Source: Candidatus Obscuribacterales bacterium (lineage in GTDB: Bacteria > Cyanobacteriota > Vampirovibrionia > Obscuribacterales > Obscuribacteraceae). Taken from it: DNA of 64,000 nt. The stretch spans positions 1,152,001 through 1,216,000 of the forward strand of contig CBDDIJ010000002.1 of assembly GCA_965228855.1 (NCBI GenBank). Direction: 5' to 3'. Each line of letters begins with the position of its first letter. Position 1 is the first letter of the stretch. The notes beneath the pieces were generated by a model. That model worked only from the letters and a program-made list of their open reading frames with translations, was not told where the DNA came from and did not search any database. Both the position numbers and the translations under genes were made by a program. Shown here piece after piece: positions 29,160 to 39,590 of this stretch.

Positions 29160-29357
29160 ATTCTTCGTACCTGTTTCTTAACTCGCGCTTGGAGCACTGC
29201 TTGGCAATGCGCCATGAGAATGCAGACAATCGGATATTAGCAAGTTTTGCGACCGATCGGTTGACACAATCTTTGCATAGATCGACTTATCAGCTTAATT
29301 GCATGGTAAGAATGTCAGATATGTGCCAAAATCTGTGGTTGCAATGGGGTTGAAGTG

Positions 29358-29615
29358 ATGTCCCTGGAAGGCAGCAAGACCGTCTACATCAAATATTTCG
29401 CGCTCCTCAGAGATGAGCGGGGGTTGGCGTCGGAAAATATTTCGACCGAAGCGGCGACGCTTGCGGATCTTTACAACGAAATTCGAAGCCGGCACGACTT
29501 GTCACTTCCGGTCGAACGCATGTCGGTTGCCGTTAATGACGACTTCGCCGAGTGGGACAACAGGGTCAACGACAGAGACGTGATTGTCTTCGTGCCGCCG
29601 GTCGCAGGTGGATAG
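29358..29615 (+). CDS. moaD: Molybdopterin synthase sulfur carrier subunit
   Basis: IKYFALLRD, VAVND.F, C-terminal PPVAGG. Confidence 0.93.
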   Translation: MSLEGSKTVYIKYFALLRDERGLASENISTEAATLADLYNEIRSRHDLSLPVERMSVAVNDDFAEWDNRVNDRDVIVFVPPVAGG

Positions 29616-29618
29616 CCA

Positions 29619-30116
29619 ATGTTCTATTTGATGGAAACCGAAATCGCTGAATCGCCGCTCAGAGCCGCCGTCGAGGACGAGCGCGCCGGGGCAATTTGCA
29701 CTTTTGATGGACGTGTGCGAAACCATAACGATGGTAAGGCGGTGAGCAAGCTCTCTTACGAGGCGTATGCCGAGTTGGCGGAGAAGGAAGGAAACGTTGT
29801 CATCGCTGAGGCGCTGGAGAAGTTCAACATTATTCGCGCTGCTGCTGCCCACAGGACGGGCGATCTGAAGATCGGCGACGTGGCCGTTTTCGTCGCCGTG
29901 TCAGCGGCGCACCGCGAGGACGCGTTTAAAGCTTGTCGCTACATCATTGATGAGATCAAACTGCGCCTGCCTATCTGGAAGAAGGAAACATACGTCGACG
30001 GCGGCTCTATCTGGGTAAACTGCCAGTCCTGCTCATCACATGTTCATAAACAGGTCGCCGGTTCAGATCGACATTCAAACGAGGTTGCACACGCAAGTGA
30101 AAGCACTCGTGTCTGA
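29619..30116 (+). CDS. moaE: Molybdopterin synthase catalytic subunit
   Basis: GAICTFDGRVRN, LSYEAY, HRTG.L, SAAHR.DAF, PIWKKE. Confidence 0.95.
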   Translation: MFYLMETEIAESPLRAAVEDERAGAICTFDGRVRNHNDGKAVSKLSYEAYAELAEKEGNVVIAEALEKFNIIRAAAAHRTGDLKIGDVAVFVAVSAAHREDAFKACRYIIDEIKLRLPIWKKETYVDGGSIWVNCQSCSSHVHKQVAGSDRHSNEVAHASESTRV

Positions 30117-30123
30117 AACGCGC

Positions 30124-31107
30124 ATGAATACACTCGTTGACAGTTTTGGCAGGAAACATACATACCTGCGAATATCGGTTACTGATAAGTGCAATCTTCG
30201 CTGCTTTTACTGCATGCCTCTTGAAGGTATTGTCTGGAAGCGGCGTGAGGAGCTTCTCGACTTCGAAGAGATCGTTCGTGTCGCTGATATCTTCGTTCGC
30301 AAGGGGATCGATAAAATTCGATTGACCGGCGGAGAGCCGCTGATGAGGCGAGACTTGCATTTGCTCGTCGAGATGTTGTCCAAATTGGAAGGTTTGAACA
30401 CGATAGCAATGACGACCAACGCCACGTTGCTGGCAGAGAATGCGCAACGGCTGAAGGACGCGGGCATCACTCAATTGAACATAAGCATCGACAGCTTCAA
30501 ACAGGAGCGTTTTCAAACGCTGACGGGCAGGGATGATTTGCACCGAGTCATGCGCGGCATCGAAGAAGCGCAGCGGGTCGGTTTCTCCCAGATAAAATTG
30601 AATGTTGTTGCGATAGCAGGTGTCAACGAAGATGAGATTATCGACTTCGTCGACTATGTCAAAGACACACGTATGAACGTGCGATTCATCGAGTTCATGC
30701 CGTTTCGCGATAACGATTGGAACGTCGAGCGCGTTCTTACATACGCGGAAATGTTGAAAATGATCGGGGAGAAGTTTCAACTCGTTCCAATCGAGACTGA
30801 GCTATCGGCTGTCGCCAAGGACTTCTCCATAGTCGGTCATAGTGGAACGGTGAGCTTTATCACTTCTATGTCGGAGAGCTTTTGCTCAACTTGCAATCGC
30901 ATCCGGCTGACAGCGGACGGCTCGATCAAGTCTTGCCTTTTCTACCCGGCCGAGGTAAGCCTGCGGGATAGAATTCGCGGCGGAGCAACCGATGCGGATA
31001 TCGAAGAAATGATAATGTATTCGCTTGGGCAAAAGCCGGAGGCCCATCCGCCCGCGGAAGAAATCGCGGCTGAGCACAATCGCAGTATGATCGAGATTGG
31101 AGGATAA
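30124..31107 (+). CDS. moaA: GTP 3',8-cyclase (radical SAM)
   Basis: YLRISVTDKCNLRCFYCMP, RLTGGEP, FIEFMP, FCSTCNRIRLTADG...CL, C-terminal IGG. Confidence 0.97.
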   Translation: MNTLVDSFGRKHTYLRISVTDKCNLRCFYCMPLEGIVWKRREELLDFEEIVRVADIFVRKGIDKIRLTGGEPLMRRDLHLLVEMLSKLEGLNTIAMTTNATLLAENAQRLKDAGITQLNISIDSFKQERFQTLTGRDDLHRVMRGIEEAQRVGFSQIKLNVVAIAGVNEDEIIDFVDYVKDTRMNVRFIEFMPFRDNDWNVERVLTYAEMLKMIGEKFQLVPIETELSAVAKDFSIVGHSGTVSFITSMSESFCSTCNRIRLTADGSIKSCLFYPAEVSLRDRIRGGATDADIEEMIMYSLGQKPEAHPPAEEIAAEHNRSMIEIGG

Positions 31108-32070
31108 ATGCGCGACATCTCACGCAAAGTAGTCAGCTTTCGCACCGCGCTTGCACAGGCGGTATTGAAAGTCGACCCCTCGACCATCGATCGTATCAGG
31201 AACGGTGAGGTGCCAAAAGGCGATCCGCTGCCAGTTGCTAAAGTAGCTGCTATTCAAGCGGCGAAGAACACCAGTCAAATTATTCCGTACTGTCATCAGA
31301 TCGCTTTAGAATTTGTCGGAGTCGAGTTTAAGCTCGAAGAAGACCAGATAACGATTGAGACGACTGTAAAAGCGGCGGAGAAAACGGGTGTCGAAATGGA
31401 GGCGCTCACTGCCGCATCGGTAGCTGCTCTCACCATTTACGACATGATCAAAATGTTCGACGAGAAGTGTGAGATTGGGTCCGTTGTTTTACTAAAGAAG
31501 ACGGGCGGTAAGTCCGATTTTAAACCGAAGCTCGATAGAGTGGCTCGCGCAGCTGTTTTCGTTATGTCCGATCGCGTGTCCGCGGGTAAGTCTGTCGACG
31601 AATCCGGGAAGATTATTTTGCAGCGCCTCAAAGATCAGGGAATTGATGTAGTCGAATTCAGTTGCGTTTCAGACGACGAAACCGAGATCGTGCCATCGAT
31701 CATCCGCTGTACGGACGAGTTGGAGGTAGATCTGGTTGTCACCACTGGTGGTACCGGCGTCGGTCCACGCGATGTTACGCCAGACTCGATCAACGGTTTG
31801 TTCGAGCGCGAGATGCCGGGTGTGGCCGAGGCAATTCGCAGCTACGGGCAAACTCATAATCCGTATGCGATGCTGTCTCGTTCGAGTGCCGGTGTTCGCA
31901 AGAAATCGATCATCGTTTGCCTGCCTGGTTCGCGTGGCGGTGTCAACGACGCTCTCGACGTTCTCCTCCCTTATGTGCTGCATGCCATACCTATGATGGA
32001 GGGCAAGTGTCACGATGAGAAGAAGCATGTGGCAAGTGCAGCCGGCGCAAATGAAACGAGCACCAAGTAG
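31108..32070 (+). CDS. moaC: Bifunctional MoaC / MoaB-Mog fusion
   Basis: N-half: MRDISRK, KGDPL, IIPYCH, TGVEMEALT, IYDMIK, KTGGKS; C-half: SDR, TTGGTGVGPRDVTP, LPGS. Confidence 0.93.
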   Translation: MRDISRKVVSFRTALAQAVLKVDPSTIDRIRNGEVPKGDPLPVAKVAAIQAAKNTSQIIPYCHQIALEFVGVEFKLEEDQITIETTVKAAEKTGVEMEALTAASVAALTIYDMIKMFDEKCEIGSVVLLKKTGGKSDFKPKLDRVARAAVFVMSDRVSAGKSVDESGKIILQRLKDQGIDVVEFSCVSDDETEIVPSIIRCTDELEVDLVVTTGGTGVGPRDVTPDSINGLFEREMPGVAEAIRSYGQTHNPYAMLSRSSAGVRKKSIIVCLPGSRGGVNDALDVLLPYVLHAIPMMEGKCHDEKKHVASAAGANETSTK

Positions 32071-33327
32071 ATGTTGACTTACGCCGAGGCGCTCGAAAAG
32101 GTTTTATCCACAGTCAGGCAGCTTCCCTCTGAAGACGTGGCTCTGGAGGACTTGTGCGACCGCTTCCTGTCCGCACCTGTAGAAGCTGCTTTTGATCTGC
32201 CGCGATTCGACAATTCTGCGGTGGACGGTTTTGGAGTACTGCTTAGCGATGTGAGCAGGGCTTCTGAGTCTTCCGCGGCTCATCTGGTTTTGACCGACAC
32301 CATACATGCCGGCGAGTCCGCGAGTGTGCCTGTGTTGGCGCGAGGTCAAACAGTCAAAATTTTGACAGGCGCTCCCGTGCCACCGTCTGTAGAGGCGGTA
32401 ATAATGCGCGAATTTTGCGACGAGGAAAACGGTGCTGTCGCGGTTAAGACGCAGGCTACTGCCTCCGAGAATATCAGGCGTAAAGGCGATGAAGTGAAAC
32501 AGGGTCAGGAAGTCCTTCCTGCCGGAGTACAAGTTACGCCGCCGGTGGTCGGATTGATTGCATCGTTTGGTCACGAGCGATTTTCAGTCACAAAACAACC
32601 GCGCGTTGCAGTTGTCGTGACCGGTGATGAGCTTGTTAAACCGGGTGGGTCTTTGAAGGACGGTCAAATCTTCGAGTCGAATTCTTTCGCTCTGGCAGCC
32701 GCCGTCAAAGCCATGGGCTTGCCGCGGTGCGTGACGATTCATGCGCTTGATAGCCGGGAGGCGACAACTAGCGCGTTTCAGCAAGCGATCGATCAAGCCG
32801 ATGTGATTATCTCCGCAGGTGGAGTGTCTGTGGGCGAGCATGATTACGTCAAAGTGGCACTAGAGGAAGATTTGAGGGCGCAAACGGTTTTCTGGCGAAT
32901 TGCGATTAAGCCCGGAAAGCCTGTTTATTTTGGGTTTATAGACCAGCAAATTGATGGCGAGGCGCGTCCACAGCGCAAGCTCATTTTTGGACTGCCTGGC
33001 AACCCCGTGAGCGCCCTTGTGACCTTTAATTTGTTCGTGAAGCCGGCGTTGCGAAAGATGCAAGGTGCCGCCGAGTCGGCTAAAAAGCCGTGGGCGGGTG
33101 TTCTCGAGTCCGATTTGAAGAAGAAACCCGGAAGAATGGATTTTGTTCGCGGTATACTAGGGTGCTCGCCTGCGGGTGCACTTCATGTGTCGCCGACGCG
33201 CGGGCAAGACTCGCACATGCTGAGCGGACTGGCTAAGGCTAATTGTTTGATTCAATTCCCGGCAGACTCCGAACGCATTGCGAAGGGGCAATGCATTCAG
33301 CTCGAGCTGCTGGATTGGCATTCTTGA
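32071..33327 (+). CDS. moeA: Molybdopterin molybdotransferase
   Basis: PRFDNSAVDGF, ILTGAPVP, TGDEL, GGVSVG..DYVK, IKPGKP, GLPGNPVS. Confidence 0.96.
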   Translation: MLTYAEALEKVLSTVRQLPSEDVALEDLCDRFLSAPVEAAFDLPRFDNSAVDGFGVLLSDVSRASESSAAHLVLTDTIHAGESASVPVLARGQTVKILTGAPVPPSVEAVIMREFCDEENGAVAVKTQATASENIRRKGDEVKQGQEVLPAGVQVTPPVVGLIASFGHERFSVTKQPRVAVVVTGDELVKPGGSLKDGQIFESNSFALAAAVKAMGLPRCVTIHALDSREATTSAFQQAIDQADVIISAGGVSVGEHDYVKVALEEDLRAQTVFWRIAIKPGKPVYFGFIDQQIDGEARPQRKLIFGLPGNPVSALVTFNLFVKPALRKMQGAAESAKKPWAGVLESDLKKKPGRMDFVRGILGCSPAGALHVSPTRGQDSHMLSGLAKANCLIQFPADSERIAKGQCIQLELLDWHS

Positions 33328-33345
33328 AGGAGGAAACACAGGCTC

Positions 33346-34044
33346 ATGGTATCTGAGAAAGTCAGTATTTCAGTCGACGACGGATTCTTCGATGCCTACG
33401 TGTCATTGCCGCCCCAGGGAGATGGTCCCGGGCTGCTCCTGATTCAGGAAATCTTTGGCGTCAACCAGCACATGCGCGATGTTGCCGACCGGCTTGCTGC
33501 CGAAGGTTTTATCGTGATGGTGCCCGATTTGTTCTGGCGCATGAAACGCAATCTCGAACTCGGATACGAAGGCGCAGACTTCGATAAGGCGCTCGAGTAC
33601 TTCCAACAATTTGACGAGAAGCAGGGATTGGCTGACCTTAAAGAGGCAGCCTCGGCGCTTCGCGACCACAAAAAGTGCACCGGTCGAGTAGGCACGATTG
33701 GCTTTTGTCTCGGCGGAAAGCTCGCCTTCAGGCTGGCTTCTCAGTACAACATGAACGCGGCGGTCTCCTACTACCCTGTTTTCCTCGATAAGCACCTCGA
33801 AGAAGCAGAGCGCTTGCGCTGTGAAACCATAATTCACTTTGCCGCCCTGGACCATTTTGTACCGCTCGAAACATATGAGACCATCAAAGAAGGTCTCAAA
33901 CACAAGCAGAATATTCACATCTATCTTTATGAGGGCGTCGATCACGGCTTCAATTGCGACGCTCGCTCTGCATACAACAAGGAAGCTGCTGATCTGGCGT
34001 GGTCCAGAAGCCTTGAGATCTTCAACAAAGAGCTCAAGGGCTAG
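33346..34044 (+). CDS. Dienelactone hydrolase family protein
   Basis: IQEIFGVN, PDLFWR, GFCLGG, D..VP, HGF. Confidence 0.93.
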   Translation: MVSEKVSISVDDGFFDAYVSLPPQGDGPGLLLIQEIFGVNQHMRDVADRLAAEGFIVMVPDLFWRMKRNLELGYEGADFDKALEYFQQFDEKQGLADLKEAASALRDHKKCTGRVGTIGFCLGGKLAFRLASQYNMNAAVSYYPVFLDKHLEEAERLRCETIIHFAALDHFVPLETYETIKEGLKHKQNIHIYLYEGVDHGFNCDARSAYNKEAADLAWSRSLEIFNKELKG

Positions 34045-34413
34045 CAAAAGTCCAGCTTTCCTCTCGGGCTCAAGGCTGGAATCGAAACAGCTGCAACGGT
34101 TTCGTAAAAAAGAGTACCGTATTGTAATCGGCGATGATATTCCGGCTTAATTTCAGGGCAGTATTTAGAAACCGCTGTTTCTGAGATTCATATACCAAAC
34201 CAATTTTGTCTTTAATGCGCAGGATTGGAGTGTGCGATGATGACTTGGCAGTGATTCGCTATCCACTCGTAATTCGCTCGGGACTGTTTGAAAATCAAGT
34301 TGCAGCTTTTTGGTGAAACCTATCGCCATCAAGCGTTCGACGCTCTAGAATAGTTCGATAATTTAGTACTCAACTGTTGACATGGTGTGCGGCTTCAATC
34401 GGGAGACTTCCGC

Positions 34414-35625
34414 GTGGCCAATGACGAATTTCCGGTCCTCACTCAGATTCTGCTCGGCAGCGGTCTGATTACAAGAGATGATCTCGAGGACTACAAAATG
34501 ATTGCCAAGGATTTAAAAATCCCGGTAACCCAGGCAATCATGAATTCGGGGCTGATAAACGCTAATAATTTGAAGACGGCGCAGGATGCGCTGGAGCTGG
34601 TCAACAAGCAGCAAATCACGCCTGACATCGCAATAAGGTCATTGCGAGTGGCGCTTCAGAAAAATCTTCCACTGGCAGCCGCAATCAAATCCGTCAAGGA
34701 TATGCACCAGAGAACTCAGGTTGTTGTTTCCGCCTCTAACGATCTCACGAATCTGTTGATGAAGGCGGAAATGCTTACTCAGCAGGAACTGGGAAGGCTG
34801 TTTGTCCGGTCGGTGGAATCCTCGTTGATGCTTGGCCAACTGCTCGTTCTCGAAGACTTGATTTCCACTGAAGGATTGCTTGCCGCACTGCATGCGGTGC
34901 TAATGAAGCGCGAGCAGGAACTGCCGGAAGCTGATGCTGTAAAGGGTCTTGTGCATTCCAACGCGCAAAAGATTTCCTTCGAGCAGGCGTTGTTCGAACT
35001 GGGGTTGTTTAAACATCCTGATGCAAAAACGACTCGGGTTGGCGAGTTGTGTTTGATGGCCGGCATAATCACAAGAGAAATTTTGGCTGAATGTCTGGAA
35101 GTTGAGTTGTTTAAGAAGAAACAGTTCGGTCAGATTTTGCTCGAACGCGGTCTGCTAAGCACCGAACAATTGGAAGCGGCGATTCAGCTCCAGTCTGCTA
35201 TTTCCAATGACACTTTGCAGCCGTATCAAGCAGCGAAGGCGCTGCACGCCGTCGTGAAAGAGGATAAGAACGTTTACGCGGCTATGGCCGATTTCCATGG
35301 CAAGAATAACGATGACAATACTCGGCTTGGGGACTTGCTCACGGAAGCCGGTATATGCGACAAGGAGAAACTCGAGTCTGTGGTGACTAAAAATCCCGAC
35401 AGTCCCATTCGAGTCGGAAGCACCCTGCTAAAGGCAGGAGTCATCGACGAAAGCACGTTGTACTCGGCTCTTCGGTTGCAGACCTCGTTGCGTCTTGGAT
35501 ACTTATCGCGTGAAAAAACAGTCGAACTCTTGAAGTACTGTAATGACAATAAAGCCTCAGTGGAAAAGGCTTTCCACGATAACCACACTTACGTTCCATC
35601 GCGAATGCAATGGACCTGGGTTTGA
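34414..35625 (+). CDS. Second protein with multiple MshEN-like motifs
   Basis: RVGELCLMAGII...FGQILLERGLLSTEQLEAAIQLQ; RLGDLLTEAGI...RVGSTLLKAGVI...ALRLQ; GTG 34414 has SD GGGAG (ORF open from 34387). Confidence 0.72.
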   Translation: MANDEFPVLTQILLGSGLITRDDLEDYKMIAKDLKIPVTQAIMNSGLINANNLKTAQDALELVNKQQITPDIAIRSLRVALQKNLPLAAAIKSVKDMHQRTQVVVSASNDLTNLLMKAEMLTQQELGRLFVRSVESSLMLGQLLVLEDLISTEGLLAALHAVLMKREQELPEADAVKGLVHSNAQKISFEQALFELGLFKHPDAKTTRVGELCLMAGIITREILAECLEVELFKKKQFGQILLERGLLSTEQLEAAIQLQSAISNDTLQPYQAAKALHAVVKEDKNVYAAMADFHGKNNDDNTRLGDLLTEAGICDKEKLESVVTKNPDSPIRVGSTLLKAGVIDESTLYSALRLQTSLRLGYLSREKTVELLKYCNDNKASVEKAFHDNHTYVPSRMQWTWV

Positions 35626-35962
35626 AAATTGCGCGAATAAAAATATCTCCGTTGTATATATGGCACCGGAGAATCCCATGAATTAAGCCTTTCGTGTAAG
35701 TGCTTGTGCTACATGGAATATGGCGAATTAATCAGAATTTGTTGATCGCGAACGATGAAATGATTATCTGCCGGGTAAGAAGTGTTTGGAAACCGGCAGA
35801 ATTCGATGTTCTCAGTTCTTGAAACTTCCTTCGAGCCTGAATATCGGGGGCGCTTCAACCGATAAGTTGGAGCGGAGATTTTGACTTCGCGTTTAAATAG
35901 ACGTATGTTTTGATTGCGGAGTTGACCATCGAAGCTACTAAGTGGAAGAAAGGTAAGGCTGA

Positions 35963-36325
35963 ATGACTGGTACGAAGAAGAAAGAGAAAGTGACGAAAGC
36001 AGCAACAACTAAAGCAGCAACGGGCGAGCGAAAAGAGCGCAAATTGCGGAAGAAGAATCCGATGTCGGATACCAGCACCAGGCTGGCCAGATATCGTAAT
36101 CTTGCGCAGGAGAATTTGCAGCGTCAGAAAGTTGAAGCCGCACAGCGCTGCCTAGAGAAAGCCGTCTACATAGCGGTGAAGACATACGGTCCGCAACATC
36201 TGGAAGTCGGGACCAACCTTCTTGAACTCGGATCTGTTCTATACCAGCGTGGACATGTGGAAGTTGCAGAACCTCTAATGGCCCGTGCGCATCGGATTCT
36301 GCAAGCGATGGCGCCTTCGGTTTAA
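35963..36325 (+). CDS. Small TPR protein with Lys-rich N-terminal tail
   Basis: LEKAV.IA.KTYGPQHLEVGTNL.ELG.V...RG....AEPLMARA KLC-type TPR. Confidence 0.7.
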   Translation: MTGTKKKEKVTKAATTKAATGERKERKLRKKNPMSDTSTRLARYRNLAQENLQRQKVEAAQRCLEKAVYIAVKTYGPQHLEVGTNLLELGSVLYQRGHVEVAEPLMARAHRILQAMAPSV

Positions 36326-36356
36326 AGGCACCGCCGCTGCACATTGCAGTTCGATG

Positions 36357-39300
36357 TTAATAGACCGTCCATGTGAAGAAGTCCTTGCGCTCTGGGATTT
36401 CAGTATCCATGAACTCTAGCTTTGCATTGCGGACCTTGACGGTTTGCTTGCTTGCTTTCCTTTGATTATTGAACAACAGATCGTCGCTGAAAGGCGTGAG
36501 AACAGGTCTTGTGGTTACGCCGCCGTGTTCCAGAAGCTTCTTCGGAAACGAGTCGACGATCGTGATTTTCTTCCAGCCGCTGGCATCGACTGGCACGGAA
36601 TAGGGCTGCCAGGTTGGATTCCAGACATCGCCGTTACCCGTTTTGAACACCAGATTTGGATAGGCGATTACAGGACGTTTTTCAGTTTTTAATTCGCACG
36701 TAAACCTGATAGGATGCCTTGCGAGCTGGTCTTCGCTCACCGGTACGTCCTGTGGTGTAAAGTAGAAAGTGCTGGGGTCGCCACCGTGGACGGTGCGCTC
36801 TTCGCCTGCTTTTTGCTCGAAGATGACCAGTGTCGAGTCCGTCTTGTCAGTTGAATTAGTAGTGGTTTTGGGAGGCGTGGCCGATTCCTTTGAAACTGCC
36901 GCGTCCTTTGCCGATGCTGCTTCGTCGGCGGCGAGTTTGGCTGCTTTGTTAGCGTTTAGCGGTTGCACGAGCAATCGAATTCGCATTTTGCCCCATGGAG
37001 CGTTACCGTTTTCAACAAAACTCTTGCTGGTGAAACCCTTGATTGAGATCGTTTCCAATGGTCGTTGTTCGATGGGAACCCGGTAATCAGCGCCTTCGAC
37101 CGCGTAGTTCCAGCAGGTCGAGTTGATCGAGGGGAGAATGGTTTCACCGTCCATCTCTCCCGATGACGGCATGGCATAGTCACCATAGATGGTGATGACG
37201 CTCGTGTCGTGCGCGCTGCTTATGCGGATTGTGTTTTCCTGTCCAGGTTTTAAAAGCTTGGAAGGAAACGGCGCGATGTACCAGTGGCGTATGGCTCGGT
37301 AATCTTGATCCATCACTTTAGCCTGGACTGCGATTGACTGAACGATTGACTCGCTGTCCTTTTGCAGCATGGGTATCGGCAGCGCTTGTGTTCCAATTCT
37401 CGTACCGTTAACTTCGATATTCAATTGTGGAAGTGAATCTGGTGTGTGGATGTCCATCGCGACGTATGCGGTTGGACCCAGAATACCGGTCGCCTCAGGT
37501 AATTTGATTGTCTGGCATGCTGCCTGTTTGCCTGAAATATTTGTAGTCCACTCGCTCCAGAGGTGCGACGTAACGATGCTTCCTGCAAGACTGCAAGCGA
37601 CGGCTGCGAAACTTACTATGCTTGCGATCACTAGCGCCGGAGCCGGCTTTTGATTCGGTGCTGCTGCAACACTCGCGCCTTCTGTTTCATCTTTCAATGC
37701 GGCTAGGGTTGAAACCGTTGCGCTCGTGTGTTTCATCAATGCCAGCCAGACTGCTCCATATGCGCAGATCGCAGCCATTGCTACCAGCCATGGTGCAATC
37801 GTCAACCACCAACCCTGAGAGATCAAACTCGTTGGAACCGCTGACCACACGCGCAACTCGTTGATAATCGGGCAAAGCACGCAGAATGTTGCGACGATGA
37901 GGAAGAAGCGGTTCCGCTTGTGCCGTTCCTGTCCAAGCCAGAAGGAGAGCGACGCTCCAGCGGCCAGAATAATCAGCGGCATGGCGCTCATGGCGTAACG
38001 GGACAGTGCAATGAATGCCATGTAAACGAAGTGAGCGCTGACTGTAGCGATGATGAGCGAGGTGCCGAGCCATTCTCCTTTACTCAGTGCGCGCCGTCCG
38101 CGTGCGCAGGCTATAAATGCCCAGCTTGCTCCGAGAAAAATCATTAGTTGATGGAGCACGTTTTGCGCAGCTGGAGGTAGGCCGAGAGTCGGATATTTGC
38201 AATCGTTCCAGGGTGCTGACCAGAGGCGGCTGAGTTTTTTTGTCTGTAAAAGCAACCAATCTACAGGATGCGCTTTTGCGTTTTCAATGACCATGCCCGC
38301 AGCGACGCGCATGTCTTCCGGAAATGGAATTGTACTGGGATACGGGGTCCATCCGTCAGTGGTGGTCAGATTTCCCGATAGCAGGTTGAAAGCCGGCAAT
38401 CTATTTGTGGTCAAACGAGCCTGACCGAGCGCGGTTTTTGTATAAAGCAACCAGGGTGACGCGATCAGGGCAAACGCAATTGCGATTGACAAAACTGAAA
38501 CGATTGCAGCTTTTCTGGATCCAGGTTCCGCATCAGCCTTCGAGCGGCGCATACCGACGAATGATGCGACTGCGAGGAAAGGTAGGACAAATGGAAATGC
38601 TGATCGGGCAAGTACGGTTAAGCCAAGGATTGCACCAGTAGCGATACCGCTTACAATGCGGTTGGCAATCGCGGTGGCGGGGAGCATAAGCAGGCGGGCG
38701 AGGCTGTAGACGGACGCAGTGAGCATGAACGTGACGAAGTTTTCGCACATACACCAGTGTGTGTTTACTATTGCTGCTGGATAAATCGCGTAGAGCAAAC
38801 CGGCGATTGCACCTGGCAATGTGCCGAATAGAAGAAATCCAGCCAAACACAGAAGAATACACGTGGACGCGTCAACTGCTGAGTTCGCGATGCTGACCTT
38901 GAAGATTATGCGTTCCCATTGGAACGATTTTTGCTCTTCATATCCTGTGAGAGGTAACACGGCCGAGAGATAGAGTGGAAAGATCGGACCATCGGTGACG
39001 AGGCGGTCTACTAGCTTGTCCGAGTTGAATGCAACGTACATTCCGCTGTAGGATTTTGCGTCATCAGCGATGTTCTTCAGCAACTCTTGGGGCGAATGGC
39101 TCTGTCGCACCATTCTATTTATGGACGCGCCTGAGCGGAGGTAATTTTGCGAATCTTCGAGAAACCAGACACGGTGTTCCAGTCCGGCGTTATACGAATA
39201 TCTGATCGAAAACGCCAGCAGAAAAACAGAAACCACAATGAAAAGGCGATTGCGAAGTAGATTACGAATACTGTTTAAACGCTTCCTTTCGCGCTGAGAA

Positions 39301-39359
39301 TCACGAACGTGAGCGTCGTTCGGTTCGGACTTGCCGGATTCATTTATAGCGGATGCCAT
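36357..39359 (-). CDS. Large membrane glycosyltransferase, GT-C fold (ArnT/PMT-like), with soluble C-terminal domain
   Basis: First TM then EDSQNY, DGP.FP, AGLLYAIYPA, PWL, RYAMSAMP; many TM helices. Confidence 0.72.
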   Translation of the reverse strand: MASAINESGKSEPNDAHVRDSQRERKRLNSIRNLLRNRLFIVVSVFLLAFSIRYSYNAGLEHRVWFLEDSQNYLRSGASINRMVRQSHSPQELLKNIADDAKSYSGMYVAFNSDKLVDRLVTDGPIFPLYLSAVLPLTGYEEQKSFQWERIIFKVSIANSAVDASTCILLCLAGFLLFGTLPGAIAGLLYAIYPAAIVNTHWCMCENFVTFMLTASVYSLARLLMLPATAIANRIVSGIATGAILGLTVLARSAFPFVLPFLAVASFVGMRRSKADAEPGSRKAAIVSVLSIAIAFALIASPWLLYTKTALGQARLTTNRLPAFNLLSGNLTTTDGWTPYPSTIPFPEDMRVAAGMVIENAKAHPVDWLLLQTKKLSRLWSAPWNDCKYPTLGLPPAAQNVLHQLMIFLGASWAFIACARGRRALSKGEWLGTSLIIATVSAHFVYMAFIALSRYAMSAMPLIILAAGASLSFWLGQERHKRNRFFLIVATFCVLCPIINELRVWSAVPTSLISQGWWLTIAPWLVAMAAICAYGAVWLALMKHTSATVSTLAALKDETEGASVAAAPNQKPAPALVIASIVSFAAVACSLAGSIVTSHLWSEWTTNISGKQAACQTIKLPEATGILGPTAYVAMDIHTPDSLPQLNIEVNGTRIGTQALPIPMLQKDSESIVQSIAVQAKVMDQDYRAIRHWYIAPFPSKLLKPGQENTIRISSAHDTSVITIYGDYAMPSSGEMDGETILPSINSTCWNYAVEGADYRVPIEQRPLETISIKGFTSKSFVENGNAPWGKMRIRLLVQPLNANKAAKLAADEAASAKDAAVSKESATPPKTTTNSTDKTDSTLVIFEQKAGEERTVHGGDPSTFYFTPQDVPVSEDQLARHPIRFTCELKTEKRPVIAYPNLVFKTGNGDVWNPTWQPYSVPVDASGWKKITIVDSFPKKLLEHGGVTTRPVLTPFSDDLLFNNQRKASKQTVKVRNAKLEFMDTEIPERKDFFTWTVY

Positions 39360-39590
39360 TTACGTCACCGAATTGAGGGCGGCCGGGAGTTCTGCAATTG
39401 CGCGGCAGTGTCCCGCAGCGGCTGTTTCGCGGCTGCCAAGGAATGATACTTGAGACGAGATCATGAAATGCTAGATGGACCTAATCTAGGCGTCTCTCCA
39501 ACTGTCGCAAAATAAAGTGGATTTAAACAAATTGCATCTCAGGCATCAGTTCGCGAGGCGTAGTAAATTGTTTGTGCGCGAAGACCACGG

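Noticed and set aside
29160..29357. Possible Moco riboswitch or sigma70 promoter before moaD
   Set aside because: No recognisable multi-stem motif; TTGACA at 29261 lacks a well-spaced -10
30007..34047. Antisense ORFs of 257 aa and 214 aa over moaA and the dienelactone hydrolase
   Set aside because: Codon-bias shadows of conserved genes
35767..35874. Two or three short hairpins in the intergenic region before the small TPR gene
   Set aside because: Stems of 8-9 bp without U-tracts or other support; could arise by chance
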